This document shows, piece by piece, positions 22,789-36,382 of a DNA stretch of 64,000 nucleotides. Where the stretch lies: the NCBI GenBank assembly GCA_963842165.1, contig CAWJFK010000025.1, positions 125,681 through 189,680 of the forward strand, written 5' to 3'. A model generated the notes under the pieces. That model searched no databases. It was not told the origin of the DNA and saw only the letters and a program-made list of their open reading frames with translations. The DNA comes from an uncultured Thermoplasmata archaeon. Its GTDB lineage: Archaea; Thermoplasmatota; Thermoplasmata; Lutacidiplasmatales; UBA184. The stretch's first letter is position 1, and every line of letters begins with the position of its first letter. The position numbers and the translations under genes are program-made.

Positions 22789-23337
22789 TTGGTCAAGATC
22801 CGCATCGAGAACGTCGTCGCGTCGACCTCCCTCGGGGGAGTTCTCGACCTCCAATCGATCGCGCTCGGTCTCGACGGGGCGGACTATGAAACCGAACAGT
22901 TCCCCGGCCTCATCTACCGGTTGAAGCAGCCCAAGACCGCGATCCTGCTGTTCCGTTCGGGGAAGGTCGTCTGCACGGGCGCGAAGAGCATGCACGAGGT
23001 CGAGGATTCGATCCACTCGGTGGCCGGCCAGATCAAGAAAGGAGGGCAGAAGATCAACCTGCACCCTAAGATCGAGGTGCAGAACATCGTCGGCGAGCTC
23101 CGACCTCGAGAGCGAGATCAATCTCAACGCTATCGCCGTGACCCTCGGCCTCGACCGGGTCGAGTACGAGCCCGAGCAGTTCCCGGGGCTCGTGTCCGGA
23201 TCGACGTGCCGAAGGTGGTCGTCCTGCTCTTCGGCAGCGGCAAGCTCGTCTGCACCGGCGCCCGAAAGCCCGCTGATGTCGAGGTCGCGGTCAAGAAGAT
23301 CACGAGGGAGCTCCAGGGCGCCGGCCTCCTGCGCTAG
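22789..23337 (+). CDS. tbp: TATA-box binding protein, copy 1 (two compensating indels in the second repeat)
   Basis: [34 protein letters not shown], then [10 protein letters not shown] and [13 protein letters not shown]. Confidence 0.96.
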   Translation: MVKIRIENVVASTSLGGVLDLQSIALGLDGADYETEQFPGLIYRLKQPKTAILLFRSGKVVCTGAKSMHEVEDSIHSVAGQIKKGGQKINLHPKIEVQNIVGELRPRERDQSQRYRRDPRPRPGRVRARAVPGARVRIDVPKVVVLLFGSGKLVCTGARKPADVEVAVKKITRELQGAGLLR

Positions 23338-23362
23338 GCCCGGACCTCGAAGGACGGCCCCG

Positions 23363-24234
23363 GTGCCGCTCCCGAGCGATTTGCCCGTCGTCGACCACCA
23401 CTGTCACCTCAGCCCGACCGGAGAAGGGATCGGGGCCGCCCAACGCTTCGCCGCCGCCGGGGGGACCCACCTGATCCTCGCGACTCAGAACTACACCGGA
23501 ACGGTCCCGCGGCGGATCGAGGATTACCGCGACCAGTTCGACATCACCTTTCGGCTCGCCCAATCGATTCGGACCGAAACCGGGGTCGACGTCCGGTGCG
23601 TCGTGGGCCCCTACCCGATCGACCTCGTCCACGCAGCCCCGATCCTCGGGGTCGAAGCGGCCCTCGCCCTGCAGCGGGAAGCCGCCGACCTGGCCGGACG
23701 GTTCGTACCGGGAGGGGCGCGCGGTCGCCTTGGGCGAGGTTGGCACGCCCCACTTCCCCGTCGACGAGCCGATCCGGCTCGCCGGCGCGCTCGCGTTGGA
23801 CCACGCGTTCGCGGTCGCCCGACGCCGACTGTCCGGCGGTCGTGCACTCGGCCGACCTGGATGCGTCAGGGTACCGGGAGCTCGCCGCCCGCGCCGCGCG
23901 AGCCGGGCTCCCCGCCCACCGGGTCGTGAAGCACTATGCCCGCTCGCTGGTGCCGCGGGACGACCGTCACGGGGTCGCCCCGTCGTTCCTCGCACGGAGG
24001 GATCTCGTCCACGCGGTCCTCGCGGAGGAGGGGCCCTGGTTCCTCGAAACCGATTTCCTCGACGACCCCTCCCGGCCCGGTGCCGTGCTCGACCTCGCTA
24101 CCGTGCCGCGCCGTGCGGCCGCCCTCGCCGCGCGGGACCCCGAATCGGCCGAACGCCTTCGGATCCCCTTCGTGGAGTCGTTCGAGACCGTGTATGGTTG
24201 GCGTCCGGAGCTCCCTCGCCGGAGGTCGCCATGA
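23363..24234 (+). CDS. TatD-related metal-dependent hydrolase (frameshifted)
   Basis: DHHCH, GEVG.PHF, VKHY and [16 protein letters not shown] motifs. Confidence 0.85.
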
Positions 24235-24876
24235 GCGCACGTCGCCCGAGCCGGGGCCGCTGTTGGCTCTCGAGGGGATCGATGGGCCGGGAAGTCGACG
24301 CTCGCCAAAGCGCTCGCGACCCACCTGCGACGTCGCGGTCTGCGGGTCCTCCTCCGGCGGGAGCCCTCGGACCCGGCCCTCGGTCGCCTGGCGCAGGAGG
24401 CGAGCGTCCGCGATCCGTGGAGTGGGGCGGTCTACTTCACTGTCGACCGGTTCCTCGCGCGTCCGGCCCTCGAGCGCGACCTGCACCGCTCGGACCTGGT
24501 CATCTGCGACCGCTCCCTCTACTCGACCCTCGCCTACCAGGGAAGCGCCCTGGGGGCCGAGGCGGTCCGGCGTCTCGAGGAGCTCGGACCCCGTGCGACG
24601 ATCCTACCGGATCGAGTGGTCCTGCTCGATCTTTCACCGGTCGACGCCCTCCGTCGACTGGGCGGGCGTTCGCGCGTCCGCGGCCCGCTCGAACGACGCC
24701 GCACGCTCGGACGCGTGGCGACCCGGTACCGCCGGTTGGCCCGGCGCGAGGGGTGGCAGGTCCTGGACGCGCGACGACCGACCGTTGAGCTGGTCGCCGC
24801 GATCGCCGCCACCCTTCCCCTCCCGCGGTCGCGTGCCAGGCCGCGGCCTCGGTCGGCGCGCGGACAGCGAACCTGA
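24231..24876 (+). CDS. tmk: Thymidylate kinase (frameshifted)
   Basis: LEGIDG.GKST P-loop, REPS and CDRSLYSTLAYQG across frames. Confidence 0.88.
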
Positions 24877-24902
24877 TATCGGGGACCCCTGTCCCGAACT
24901 CC

Positions 24903-26063
24903 GTGCCGACCTCGCCCCGCATCCTGCTCAAGGAGGAGACCCTCGACCCGGCCTACCTGCCGCCGCGGCTGGTACGCCGAGAGAAAGAGCTCCAAGTCCT
25001 GACGAAGCGATTTCGCGAGGCGTTGGCGAAGGGGACCAGCGTACCCACCTCCTGCTGACCGGCGGGGTCGGGAGCGGGAAGACCGCACTCGCCCGCCGGC
25101 TCGCGAGCGACCTCGAACGGACCGGCCGTGGCAACGAGCTCCCCGTCCGGTCCGCCTACATCAACTGCTGGCGACGGGCGAGCGACCGGACGGTCATGCT
25201 CGACCTGCTCCGGTCCGTGGACGTCTCCCTGCCGGACCGGGGGTACAGCCTCTCGGAGATGATCGACGTCTTCGAGCAGGGCCTGCGCCGCCGGCCCCAG
25301 CATCTGGTCGTCCTCCTCGACGAGGCGGCAGCGCTGGTCAAGCAGGAAACCAAGCTGGTCTACCTCCTCTCCCGCTCCCACGAGGTCGCGCTCGGATCGA
25401 TCTCGTTGCTGCTCGTCGCGGCGGAGGACCTCCTCCCGTACCTGGACGCCCCGAGCCGTTCGAGCTTCGGCGTCACCCACCGGCTCGCCCTCCCACCCTA
25501 CACCCGGGAGGACCTCACGGAGATCCTCGCGGCGCGGGCCGAACTCGCGCTCCGTCCCGGCAGCTTCGACCGCGAGGTGCTCGACCAGATCGCCCGCATC
25601 GCCGTCCCCAACGGGGACGCGCGCTTCGCGCTCGAGATCCTCTCCGGTGCGGCCCACACCGCCGAAGACGCAGGGTCCGACACGATCCTCTCCGAGCACG
25701 TGCGTCGGACGAAGGGATCGCTCCTGCCGACTCTCTCGGAATCCCAGCTCGAGGACCTGTCGACCAACGAGCTCGGCGTGCTCCTCGCGCTGTCCCGCTC
25801 GCTGCGGGGCCGCGGGGCGGCGGTCGCGAGCCAGAAGCTCCGGGCCGCGCACACCGCGCTCCTCGAGGAGCTCGGGGGCTCGCCGATGAGCCGCACGACG
25901 TTCTGGCGGACGCTCAAGGAGCTCGAGCGAGACGGACTCGTCACGCTCGAGACGGCCGGTACCGGAGAGTCGAGCCGACGTCGCCATGGACGACCTGCCG
26001 GCCAGCTACCTCGCGACGTTGGTCGAGGAGCGCCTCGGCCGGAGTCGTCCGCGCAAAGCCTAA
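24903..26063 (+). CDS. cdc6: Cdc6/Orc1 family AAA+ protein (frameshifted)
   Basis: LDPAYLP.RL..RE, GGVGSGKT Walker A, YINC, LLDE, PYT..L..IL..R, GDARFAL and a winged-helix C-terminus. Confidence 0.88.
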
Positions 26064-26104
26064 AGGTGCTGACGGGTCGGACGGGCGTGGCGACTGCCGA
26101 AGCT

Positions 26105-27005
26105 ATGGCCGGACCCGCGTCCCGGGTCCGGGCGGCTCCCAGAATGGATCCGCATTCGGCCTCCGAAGGGTCCGCTCTACCCGGAGGTCCGGGGCCTCCT
26201 GGAGGGCCTCCGTCTCGGCACCGTCTGTCGAGAGGCGCACTGCCCCAACCTGTCGGAATGCTGGTCGGCTGGCACGGCCACCCTGATGCTCCTGGGCACC
26301 GATTGCACCCGCCGCTGCGGGTTCTGTGCCGTGACCACTCATTGGCCGGCCGGGGCGGTGGACCGGACGGAGCCCGGGCGGGTCGCGACGGCCGTCGGGA
26401 ATTGGGGGCTTCGCTACGTGGTCCTCACGCAAGTCTGCCGCGACGACCTCCCGGACGGGGGTGCGTCGCTGCTGCGCGAGACGGTGGATCGGATCCGTCA
26501 GGAGGCCCCGTCGACGAAGGTCGAGCTCCTCACCGGCGACCTCGGTGGCTCCGAGGCCGCTCTCCGGGAGGTCCTGGCCCGCCCGCCCGACGTGTTCGCG
26601 CACAACCTGGAGACCGTCCGCTCGCTCTCGAGGCAGGTCCGCGACCCGCGGGCCGGCTACGACCGCTCGCTCGAGGTCCTTCGGCAGGCCCGCTCGATCG
26701 GCGGGAACCGACTCGTGACCAAGACGTCGATCATGCTCGGCCTCGGTGAGACGGACGCAGAGGTCGAGACCGCGCTGGCCGACCTTCGGACCGCGGACGT
26801 CGACCTCGTGACGTTCGGGCAGTACCCTTCACCGGGACCCCGCCACGTCCCGGTCTCCCGATACGTCCCTCCGCGGGAGTTCGAAGTCTGGAAGCAACGG
26901 GCTCTCGACCGGGGGTTCACCGCCGTTGAATCCGGCCCCCTCGTTCGCAGCTCCTACCACGCGGAGGAGCTGTTCGACCGCGCCGCGGCCGCGCGGAGGG
27001 GCTAG
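26105..27005 (+). CDS. lipA: Lipoyl synthase
   Basis: CREAHCPNLSEC (CX4CX5C), CTRRCGFC, HNLETV and C-terminal RSSY. Confidence 0.93.
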
Positions 27006-27007
27006 CG

Positions 27008-27373
27008 ATGGCGAAGAAGGCCCGTAAGAAGATGGAAGAGGACGCGATCCCTGCGTTCGAGTTCCCCACCTTCGACGAGGCGGGGTTCGTTTGGAAGGAG
27101 TACCAGCTCGCGACCGCGACCGCGCTCGCGGGCCTGGTCGCGATCGTGCTCGGCCTCGTGAGCTGGCTCATGACGGCGGCCGGCCTCAACGGGTTCATTC
27201 CGTTCGGGATCGGGATCGCGGGGATGGCCGGGAGCGTGTTCCTGATCCAGCGCATCCGCCCGAACTCGACCCACTACACCAAGGGCGACTGGGCCGGACT
27301 GCTCGCGCTCGAATTCTTCGGTTGGATCGCAATCTGGTTCCTGCTCCTGGACATCGCCCCGGTAGGGCTCTAG
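27008..27373 (+). CDS. Hypothetical membrane protein
   Basis: Intact 121 aa ORF with about three TM helices, 2 nt after lipA. Confidence 0.7.
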   Translation: MAKKARKKMEEDAIPAFEFPTFDEAGFVWKEYQLATATALAGLVAIVLGLVSWLMTAAGLNGFIPFGIGIAGMAGSVFLIQRIRPNSTHYTKGDWAGLLALEFFGWIAIWFLLLDIAPVGL

Positions 27374-27374
27374 T

Positions 27375-28789
27375 TCAAGGGAGATCGAGCCAGGGCAGCC
27401 GCCGTCCGACCAGCTCGCGGAGCGCCTCCGAGAGGGCCGGACTCTCGGACTCCGCGGACAGGGGGTGCACCATGACCCGGGCCGGGTCGGTCGGGGTGAG
27501 GTCCCGGCCGAGCGAGAGCCGAGGCAGGACCGAGCGGATCACGGGTTCGACCTCCCGGTCGGCCCGACGGGTGTCCACGCCCAGGCTCCCGTCGGGGCGC
27601 ACGTATGGGCCCTGCAGCACGGGGGCGTCCTTCGCCGTCCACTTGTCCAGGAACTGTCCCACGCGGTCGAGCCCGGCCGGGGGACCGTCCTGGGCCCGGA
27701 CCGCCGGACGGTGGGCGTGGCCGACTTCGATCGCGACCACGACGCGGGCCGGCTCGACGGCGGACGCCGAACCGATGACCTCGAACCCCGAGCGAGCCAC
27801 CTCCTCGGCGATCGCGCGCTCGGCCTTCCGGACCTGCGGGTAGAGCGTGTCGTCGACGAGGTCCGGCCGCGGGAGGGAAACGATCGCGATGTGGGTTCCC
27901 CGCTCGTGCATCCGTCGGATCGCTTCCTCCCGGGAGAAGGCCTGCGCGGCCCGCACGTGGAACCACGGCTCCGCCGGCCGGTCGAGGTACGCTTCCGGCG
28001 GCGAGAATGAGGAGGGCCAGGTTCCGACGGGAGAGGGCACTCGCGACGTTCCGGTGGGGGTCGACGGGGTCCGCGAGGATGAGGGCGACCTCGGCGGGGA
28101 GGCGGGGTGGGTCCTTGGACGGCGCCTCGATACGAACCGGGACCCTCCACGACCGCGCCGCCCCGAGGAGTCCCTGGAGCGAGCCATATCGAAGGACGAG
28201 GAGCTCGACGAGGTAGCCCGAGAACCCTTCGGTGCGGGACTCCGACCCATACACCCCGAGCGAGCGGAAGAACTGCTTCGCGAGCCGGAACCTGGGCGAC
28301 GAGCTCGGGAGTCTCCCGTCCGGCGAGGTACTCCTGGTGGAACGGGGTTCGATCCACCGGGGAGAGCGGCCGGGAAGGGTCGGTGATGGCGAATCCCGGG
28401 ACCGCGTCGACGTTGAACCCCTCGAATTGGCCGCGCAAGTACGGATGCTCGGCGTACCGAGTCTCCGGGTTCGAGAGCACGGCGCGGCCGAGTGCGAGTC
28501 CCTCCTCGCGGAGTCGGTCCCGCGTCAGGTCCGGAGGGAACAGCAGGAAGAGGTCGATGTCGAGGCGGTCGGAGAGGTAGGTCCCTCGGGCGGCGCTCCC
28601 GGCGACGAGCGCGCGCACGAGGGGGCTGGAGCGCGCCGAGGCCGCCGTCCGGACCCGTTCGACCAGCTCGCTCCGTACCCGGGCGACGCGTTCCTGCATC
28701 TCGGCCGTGGGTGAGATCCGCTCGGACACCCGGGCTTCGAGCCGGTCGGCCTCGGGATTCGCGGGCGACGGGCGGTGACTGCCCTGCAC
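27375..28789 (-). CDS. cca: Archaeal (class I) CCA-adding enzyme (frameshifted)
   Basis: GSAARGTYL..DIDLF, YAEHPY, VDRTPFH, GFSGYLVELL and DPVDP.RNVA motifs. Confidence 0.92.
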
Positions 28790-28896
28790 GCCCGCCTGAC
28801 CCCCTCGCGGGGGATGAACCTTCGGCTCGAGGTCGGGCGGAGTTTACGGCATGGTTAATGGACGCGCCGCCCTAGCAGTATCGGGAGGCTTCTCAC

Positions 28897-29954
28897 ATGT
28901 CCCACCCCGCCCTCCTCTACCAACCGTTGCCCGGCGGCAAGGTGCGGTGCACCGCGTGTGCCCGGTACCTGCATCATCCCCGCCGGGTCCCACGGCTTCT
29001 GCTTCGTCCGCAAGAACGTGGAGGGACGTCTCGAGCTCTTGTCGTACGGGAAGGCGGCCGCCGTACAGGTCGACCCGGTGGAGAAGAAGCCGCTCTCCCA
29101 CTTCCACCCGGGGACACGCGTGTACTCGATCGGGACGGTCGGCTGCAATTGGCGCTGCCTCTACTGCCAGAACGCGGAGATCTCCCAGGAGCAGGAGATC
29201 GTGGGACGGCCCCTCTCGCCGGCCGACGCGGTGGCGGGGGCGCTCCGATACGGCTGCTCCGGAGTGACGTTCACGTACAACGAGCCGACGATCTTCATCG
29301 AGTACACGCTCGACATCATGAAGCAAGCGCGCGCGGCCGGCCTCTTCGCGAACTTCGTCACGAACGGCTACATGACGCCCGAGGCGACGGAGCTGCTCGG
29401 TCCCCACCTCGACGCGATCAGCGTCGACTTCAAAGGCAGCGGCGAAGCGGGGTTCCTTCGAAAGTACGTCGCCGCCAAGGGACCGGAGCCGATCTGGGCC
29501 ACGATGGCCGACCTACACCGTCGGGGCGTGCACGTCGAGGTGACGGACCTGATCGTCCCCGAGGTAGGGGAATCGGTCGAGGCGACCCGTGACCTCGCCC
29601 GACGCGTGCGGGACGACCTCGGGCCCTCGACCCCGTTCCACCTCCTCCGGTTCCATCCCGATTACAAGATGATGCAGTTCCCCGAGACGCCGATCCCGAC
29701 CCTCGAGAAGCTCCATGCCGTCGTCAAGGCCGAGGGACTCGAGTGACGTCTACCTCGGGAACGTCTGGGGCCATCCGCTCGAGCACACGTACTGTCCGGC
29801 GTGCGGCGCGATCGCCGTCCGCCGATACGGGTTCACGATCCAGGCGTGGAACCTCGACGCGCAGAACCGCTGCCGCGCCTGCCGGCACCGGATCCCGATC
29901 GTCGGCCGACTGCCGCGAGAGTACGTCCCGACGTTTGCGACCCCCGTGGCGTGA
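28897..29954 (+). CDS. AmmeMemoRadiSam system radical SAM enzyme (frameshifted)
   Basis: DPVEKKPL.HF.PG, GCNWRCLYCQN, FTYNEP, RFHPDY and a C-terminal CPAC..CRAC. Confidence 0.88.
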
Positions 29955-30750
29955 CCCCCCGCGGGCGGTGCTCCGGAGTCGCGGGGGCGGCCAGCCGGAC
30001 CGCGTCGACCACCAGGTGGAGCGGGATTTCGAGCATGTACGCCCCCTGAGGGCTCTTCCGGACCGCCTCGGGCCGCGGCACAGGCTCCTCGACCCCGGCT
30101 ACGACCATACCGGCCCCCCGGAGGTACCGGAAGTACGTGGACAACGGCCGGTGGTACGACTGGGTGTACGCGGTTTCCGTCTCGGACACCCGCCACGGGA
30201 TACGGACCGTGTGTTCCTGCCGATAGCCCGCCACCTTCCGGAAGACCGTATCCCGGAGGAACTCCCGCTCGACGACCCACATGGAACGGAGGTCGATGTC
30301 GAAGCAGGGGTGGGAGATCGAGAAGACGAAGCGGCCGTTCGGTCGAAGGACCCGCCCGACCTCCCCGATCGTACCCTCCCCATCCTCGATGTCCATGAGC
30401 GACATGTGCGCGACCACTCGGTCGAAGTGGCCGGTGCTGAACTCCGCCAGGTGGGCCGCATCCTGACGAACGAAGCGGGCCCCGGTCCGTCGGCTCCGTT
30501 CCCGCCGGCGGGCGATTCGTATGTTGGCCTCGGAACCGTCGATCCCGACGGACTCCGTCGCTCCCTCGCTGGCCCACCGTCGAGTGAGGTAACCGTTCCC
30601 ACAACCCAAGTCGAGAATTCGGAGGCCCCGCACGCTTCCGAGGACGGCCCGGAGACTCGGGTCGAGGATCGCCCGGTGCCAGAGGTCGCCGCGCTCCCCC
30701 GTGCGGTAGTCGCGCCACGTCGCGAGCGCGTCCCACCCTTCCCGGACCAT
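29833..30750 (-). CDS. Class I SAM-dependent methyltransferase (3' end uncertain)
   Basis: [26 protein letters not shown] and YHRPLS.Y motifs. Confidence 0.88.
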   Translation of the reverse strand: MVREGWDALATWRDYRTGERGDLWHRAILDPSLRAVLGSVRGLRILDLGCGNGYLTRRWASEGATESVGIDGSEANIRIARRRERSRRTGARFVRQDAAHLAEFSTGHFDRVVAHMSLMDIEDGEGTIGEVGRVLRPNGRFVFSISHPCFDIDLRSMWVVEREFLRDTVFRKVAGYRQEHTVRIPWRVSETETAYTQSYHRPLSTYFRYLRGAGMVVAGVEEPVPRPEAVRKSPQGAYMLEIPLHLVVDAVRLAAPATPEHRPRGVTPRGSQTSGRTLAAVGRRSGSGAGRRGSGSARRGSTPGS

Positions 30751-30992
30751 GGTGCCGCGGTCGGCCTTCCGTTCCGGATATTAATCCCCCACGGTCTGGG
30801 AGCCATCGTCCGTCGCGAGAGGAAGGCGTCGGTCGGTCGGGAGGGCAGTTCTTCTTTTACCCCGACGCGTCTGGGGTGGCCCGGAGGACCCGGTTCGAGC
30901 GCGCGGGGGGGCACGGAGTCGCGCGGGGCCGATACGTACCTCCGCACTCGCGGCCGCCTCCGCACCGTTCCGAGAGCCTCCGACCGGCAACG

Positions 30993-33007
30993 ATGAGCGA
31001 CCTGGATGCGACGTGCGTCAACACGCTCCGGTTCCTCGCAGTCGACGCGGTCGAGAAGGCGAAATCCGGCCACCCGGGACTTCCCCTCGGAGCCGCGCCG
31101 ATGGCGTACGTCCTTTGGGATCGTTTCCTACGACACAATCCCGCCCAACCGGATTGGCCCGACCGGGACCGGTTCATCCTCTCGGCCGGCCACGGGTCGG
31201 CGCTCCTCTATGCGCTCCTCCACGTCACCGGTTACGACCTTTCGCTCGAGGAGCTCCAGCGCTTCCGCCAGTGGGGCAGCCGAACCCCGGGCCATCCAGA
31301 GCACGGTCTCACGCCGGGCGTCGAAGCCACCACGGGCCCGCTCGGCCAGGGATTCGGCATGGGCGTGGGGATGGCGATCGCGGAACGCCACCTCGCCGCC
31401 GAGTTCAATCAAGAAGGGTTCCCGATCGTCGACCATTACACCTACGGGATCGTCTCGGACGGGGACCTCATGGAAGGCATCGCGTCCGAGGCCGCCTCGC
31501 TCGCCGGGACGCTCGGCCTCGGCAAGCTGATCTACCTCTACGACGACAACCACGTCTCGCTCGAGGGCCCGACCGAATGGGCGTTCACCGAGAGCGTGCC
31601 CCACCGGTTCGAAGCCTACGGTTGGCAGGTCCTGTCGGTGGCCGACGGCAACGACCTCGCGGCGATTGACGGGGCGCTGCGCGCGGCCCGGACGGAGACC
31701 GACGCCCCACGCTCACCTGCGTCCGAACCCATCTCGGGTACGGCAGTCCGGTCCAGGACACCCGGGAGGCGCACGGAGAGCCCCTCGGACCGGCGAACCT
31801 GAAGGCGACGAAAGAGAAGCTGGGCTGGCCGCTCGAGCCGTCGTTCCTCGTCCCGGAGGACGTTCGTGCCCACTTCCGCGCCGCGCGAGATCGCGGAACT
31901 CGATGGCAGGCCGAGTGGGAGGCGATGTTCGCGAGTTTCCGCAGTTCACATCTCGCGGACGCGAAGCGGTGGGAGGATCAACGGGCCGGACATTTCCCCG
32001 CCGGATGGGATGCCCGCATCCCCACGTTCGCTCCCGCCACCGGGCCGATGGCCACGCGGGACGCATCGCAGAAATTCCTGGAAGCGGTCGGCCCGTTGCT
32101 GCCGGCGCTGCTCGGAGGCGCGGCGGATCTGTCCCCCTCGACCAAGACGCTGCTCCCCGGGTCATCGGATTACTCCGCGAAGGACGGGGCGGGACGCAAC
32201 TTCCACTTCGGTGTGCGCGAGCACGCGATGGTCGCGATCATGAACGGGATGGCTCTCCACGGGGGGCTGATCCCGTACGGCGGGACCTTCCTCACGTTCT
32301 CGGACTACGCCCGGGGCGGCCTCCGCTTGGCGGCCCTCCAGGGGACCCACGCGGTCTTCGTCTTCACCCACGACAGCATCGGAATGGGCGAGGACGGGCC
32401 CACGCACCAACCGGTCGAGCACTTGCTGGCGCTCCGAGCTCTTCCTCACCTGACCGTGATCCGGCCCGCCGACGCGAACGAGACCACCGCCGCGTGGCGC
32501 GTCGCCCTGGAACGCAAGGGGCCGACCGTCCTCGTGTTCAGCCGTCAGAAGTTGCCGGTCCTCGACCCCGGCGCGTACCCGATCTCGGTCGGTGTCCCGC
32601 GGGGAGGCTACGTGCTGTCCGAGTCCAACGGTGCAACTCCTAAGGTGGTCCTCATCGCGACGGGCTCGGAAGTGGCGCTCGTGCTCGACGCACAGCAGCA
32701 GCTCCAGAAGACCGGTGTCCCCACTCGCGTCGTATCTCTGCCCTCGTGGGAGTTGTTCGAAGAGCAACCGACATCGTATCGTGATTCGGTCCTACCGCCG
32801 ACGGTTCCGAAGGTCTCCGTGGAAGCCGGCGTGACGATGGGCTGGTCGCGCTACGTGGGTTCGGACGGCGCTTCGATCGGGGTGGATCGGTTCGGCGCCT
32901 CCGCCCCGGGCCCCGTCGTCCAGCGGGAGTACGGCTTCACGACCGAGCACGTCGTGGACGTCGTCCGCCGCGTTCTGGCCGCGAGGTCGGGAGGGGCGGC
33001 TCGATGA
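30993..33007 (+). CDS. tkt: Transketolase, full-length bacterial type (frameshifted)
   Basis: [28 protein letters not shown] motif, FGVREH and [16 protein letters not shown]. Confidence 0.95.
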
Positions 33008-35765
33008 CCCGCCTCTCCGACCTGCTCGCCGCGGGCCAGTCGCCCTGGCTCGATTTCATCCGGCGGAGTCTCCTCACGAGCGGCGACCTGCGCAAGATGG
33101 TCGAGGTCGACGGGATCACCGGGGTCACCATCAACCCCACGATCTTCGACAAAGCGATCGCGGGTAGCCAGGACTACGACGAAGCGATCAAGGCGTTGCT
33201 CGCGCGGGAGCCGCGGGTTGCCGGCCGCGGAGCTGTACGAGCGGCTCGCCGTCGAGGACGTCACCCGCGCCGCCGACGTCCTTCGCCCGGTCTTCGACCG
33301 GACCGGCGGGAAGGACGGGTTCGTCAGCCTAGAGGTCTCACCGCGTCTGGCGCACGACACGGCCGGCACCGTCGCCGAGGCCCACCGCCTGTGGGACGCG
33401 GTCGATCGTCCGAACCTCCTGATCAAGGTCCCGGCCACCACCGAAGGAATCCCGGCGATCGAGGAGTTGCTTGCGTCCGGGATCAACGTCAACATCACCC
33501 TGATGTTCTCCATGGCTCACTACGAGGCGGTCGCTCAGGCGTATCTGCGCGCCCTCGGCCGCGCTCCCGACCACAACCGACTCGCGTCGGTCGCCTCGGT
33601 CTTCGTCGAGCCGGATCGACACCGCGGTCGATCAGCTCCTCGACGCGGTGGCCACGCCCGAGGCGAAGGCGCTGAGGGGTCAGGTCGCCATCGCCAACTG
33701 CCGCGTGCTCTACGCCCGGTTCCAGGAGATCTTCGAGGGCCTCCCGTTTGCCGCGTGGGAAGGGAAGGGGGCGCGCCCCCAACGCGTGCTCTGGGCGAGC
33801 ACGAGCACGAAGGACCCTAGCGTACCGGGACACGATGTACGTCGAGGAGCTCGTCGGGCCGGACACGGTGGACACCATCCCGCCGGCGACCCTCACCGCG
33901 TTCGAGGACCACGGTGTGGTCCGGCCCGGTGCGGTCGTACGCGGGGTTCCCGAGGCGCGGGCCCTCCTCGATCGGCTGGCGCGGCTCGGGATCGACCTCG
34001 CGAAGGTCACGGACGACCTCCAGGTCGAGGGCGTCGCCCTGTTCAGTGCCTCCTACGAACACCTCTTGAAATCGCTCGACGCGAAGAAGAACGCGCTCCT
34101 CGCGGGTGCGATCGACCCGCTGTCCTGGAGTCTCGGTTCGGCCGCGTCGCGCGTGGCGACCCGGATCGCTTCCTGGCAGGAGTCGCACGTGGGCGATCGG
34201 GTCTGGAAGAGCGACCCCAGCCTCTGGCCCGCCGCCCCGCCGGCGGACGTGGCTCAGCGGATGGGCTGGCTCCGTCTCCCGGAGACGATGCATCATGAGG
34301 TCAGCGAACTCGTTGCGTTCGCGGACGAAGTTCGCGCCGAAGGGATCCGGCACGTGGTCGTCCTCGGGATGGGGGGTTCGAGCCTCGCCCCCGACGTCTT
34401 CGCCCGAATGTTCGAGCACCAAAGCGGATTCCCGGAACTGCTGGTTCTCGACAGTACCCACCCCGACGCCGTGGCCGCGATGGGCCGGCGGGTCGACCCG
34501 CGGCACACCCTGTTCGTCGTCTCCAGCAAGTCGGGGACCACGACCGAGCCACTCTCCTTCTTCCACTACTTCTGGAACGTGCTGCGCGACCTGGGCGCTC
34601 CCCCGGGGCGGCACTTCCTCGCGATCACGGACCCCGGGACCCCGCTCGAGGGGTTGGCGAAGGAACGACACTTTCGGGAAACGTTCACGGCCGTCCCGAC
34701 CGTCGGGGGTCGGTACTCCGCTCTCACTCACTTTGGGCTCGTCCCGGCGGCCCTCGCCGGAGTCGATGTCCGAACGATCCTCGACCGGGCCCGAGCGATG
34801 GCAGCGAATGTCGGCCCGACGGTCCCCGTCGCGCAGAACCCTTCCCTCGGACTCGCCGCCGTCCTCGGCGAGATGGCGACCTCCGGCCGGGACAAGCTCA
34901 CGTTCTACGCCACCGGCGCGTTCGCACCGTTCCCCGACTGGCTGGAACAGCTGGTGGCGGAAAGCACGGGGAAGATCGGCCGCGGGATCGTGCCCGTCGT
35001 CGAGGAACCTCGCCTCCCTCCCGAGAACTACGGCTCCGACCGGCTGTTCGTGGCGATCGAGGGAGGCGGGCCGCCCGACGTTCCTCTGACGGCCCACCTC
35101 GCGCGGCTGGAGAGCGCGGGTCAGCCGATCGTGCGCCTCCGCGTTCCGGAGCTGACGGACCTGGGGCAAGAGTTCTTCCGGTGGGAGCTCGCGGTCGCCG
35201 CCTCCGGGAACGATCCTCGGGATCGACCCCTTCGACCAGCCGGACGTCGAGCTCGCGAAGGACCTCGCTCGCCAGGCGATGGCCGGACCGGCGGGCAGCG
35301 GCGGTACGCCTTCCGTCCCCACGGTCCTCGCGGCCGACCCCACGGACCTCGGGAGGGCCGTGCACGAGTGGAGGAAGTCGATCCGTCCGGGGGACTACGC
35401 TGGCCTCCAGGCCTACCTCGCTCCGACTCCGGAGACGAGGGCCGCGCTCACCACGCTCCGCGGGAGGATCGGCGAGCGACACCACATCGCTACGACGCTC
35501 GGGTTCGGACCTCGGTTCCTCCACTCGACCGGGCAGCTCCACAAGGGGGGCCCGCCGTCGGGGCTCTTCCTCCAGATCGTCGACGCCCCGAAGCACGACC
35601 TCGAAGTACCCGGGACGGACTACACCTTCGGGCAGCTCATCCACGCGCAGGCGCTGGGCGATTATCAAGCGCTTCGGCAGAAGGGGCGACGGGTGCTGCG
35701 CGTGGACCTCGGAACCCGACGTTCCGGGAGGGTTGGCACGACTCGCCGAGGCCTTCGATGGCTAG
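33004..35765 (+). CDS. Bifunctional transaldolase / glucose-6-phosphate isomerase (several frameshifts)
   Basis: [22 protein letters not shown] and LWASTSTK (Tal), continuing into [24 protein letters not shown] and [10 protein letters not shown] (Pgi). Confidence 0.9.
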
Positions 35766-36371
35766 GATCTCGCTGCTGTTGTGGGATGTGGGCGGCGTCC
35801 TGTTGTCCAACGGGTGGGACCACACCGGCCGCGCGGCCGCCGCGGAGCATTTCCACCTGGACGCGAAGGACCTCGAGCGCCGGCACGAAGCGGTCGCCGA
35901 AGGGTTCGAGACCGGACGTCTGGACCTCGACCACTACCTCGCCGGCACCGTCTTTCAAGTCCCTCGCCCGTTCTCCCCGGACGATTTTCGCGCGTTCATG
36001 TGGGCTCGATCGACCCCGCACCCTCTCGCCCTCGTGTGCGCGCAGGCCCTCCGGAAGGAGGGACGGTACGTGATGGCGGCGCTCAACAACGAATCCACGG
36101 AGCTGAACGGTTACCGGATCTCTACGTTCCACCTGCGGGAGGTGTTCCATGTCTTCCTGAGCTCCTGCTACACCGGCCGCCGGAAACCGGACCCCGAGGC
36201 GTACCGGTATGCGCTGCAGATCACGCGACACGATCCCGACGAGGCCCTGTTCCTGGACGACCGGGAGGAGAACATCGCCGCCGCCGCACGCCTCGGTCTT
36301 CGCACCGTGCGCGTGCGCGATCCCGCGCGCGTCCGGGAGGAGCTCGCTTCGGCGGGGATCGTCCGGGGTAA
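35758..36371 (+). CDS. HAD family phosphatase
   Basis: WDVGGVL, ALNN, RKPDP and FLDD motifs. Confidence 0.85.
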
Positions 36372-36382
36372 GGAGGGGAGCG

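Noticed and set aside
24860..26110. Replication origin next to cdc6
   Set aside because: No AT-rich intergenic region or ORB-like repeats. The flanking genes are tightly packed.
23936..26749. 937-aa ORF containing Cdc6
   Set aside because: Only the central part is Cdc6. The rest is off-frame tmk and lipA sequence.
29740..29750. In-frame TGA in the radical SAM gene (also at 21247 and 48706) as possible selenocysteine or readthrough
   Set aside because: Homologous sequence resumes in a different frame, so these are indels rather than recoded stops.
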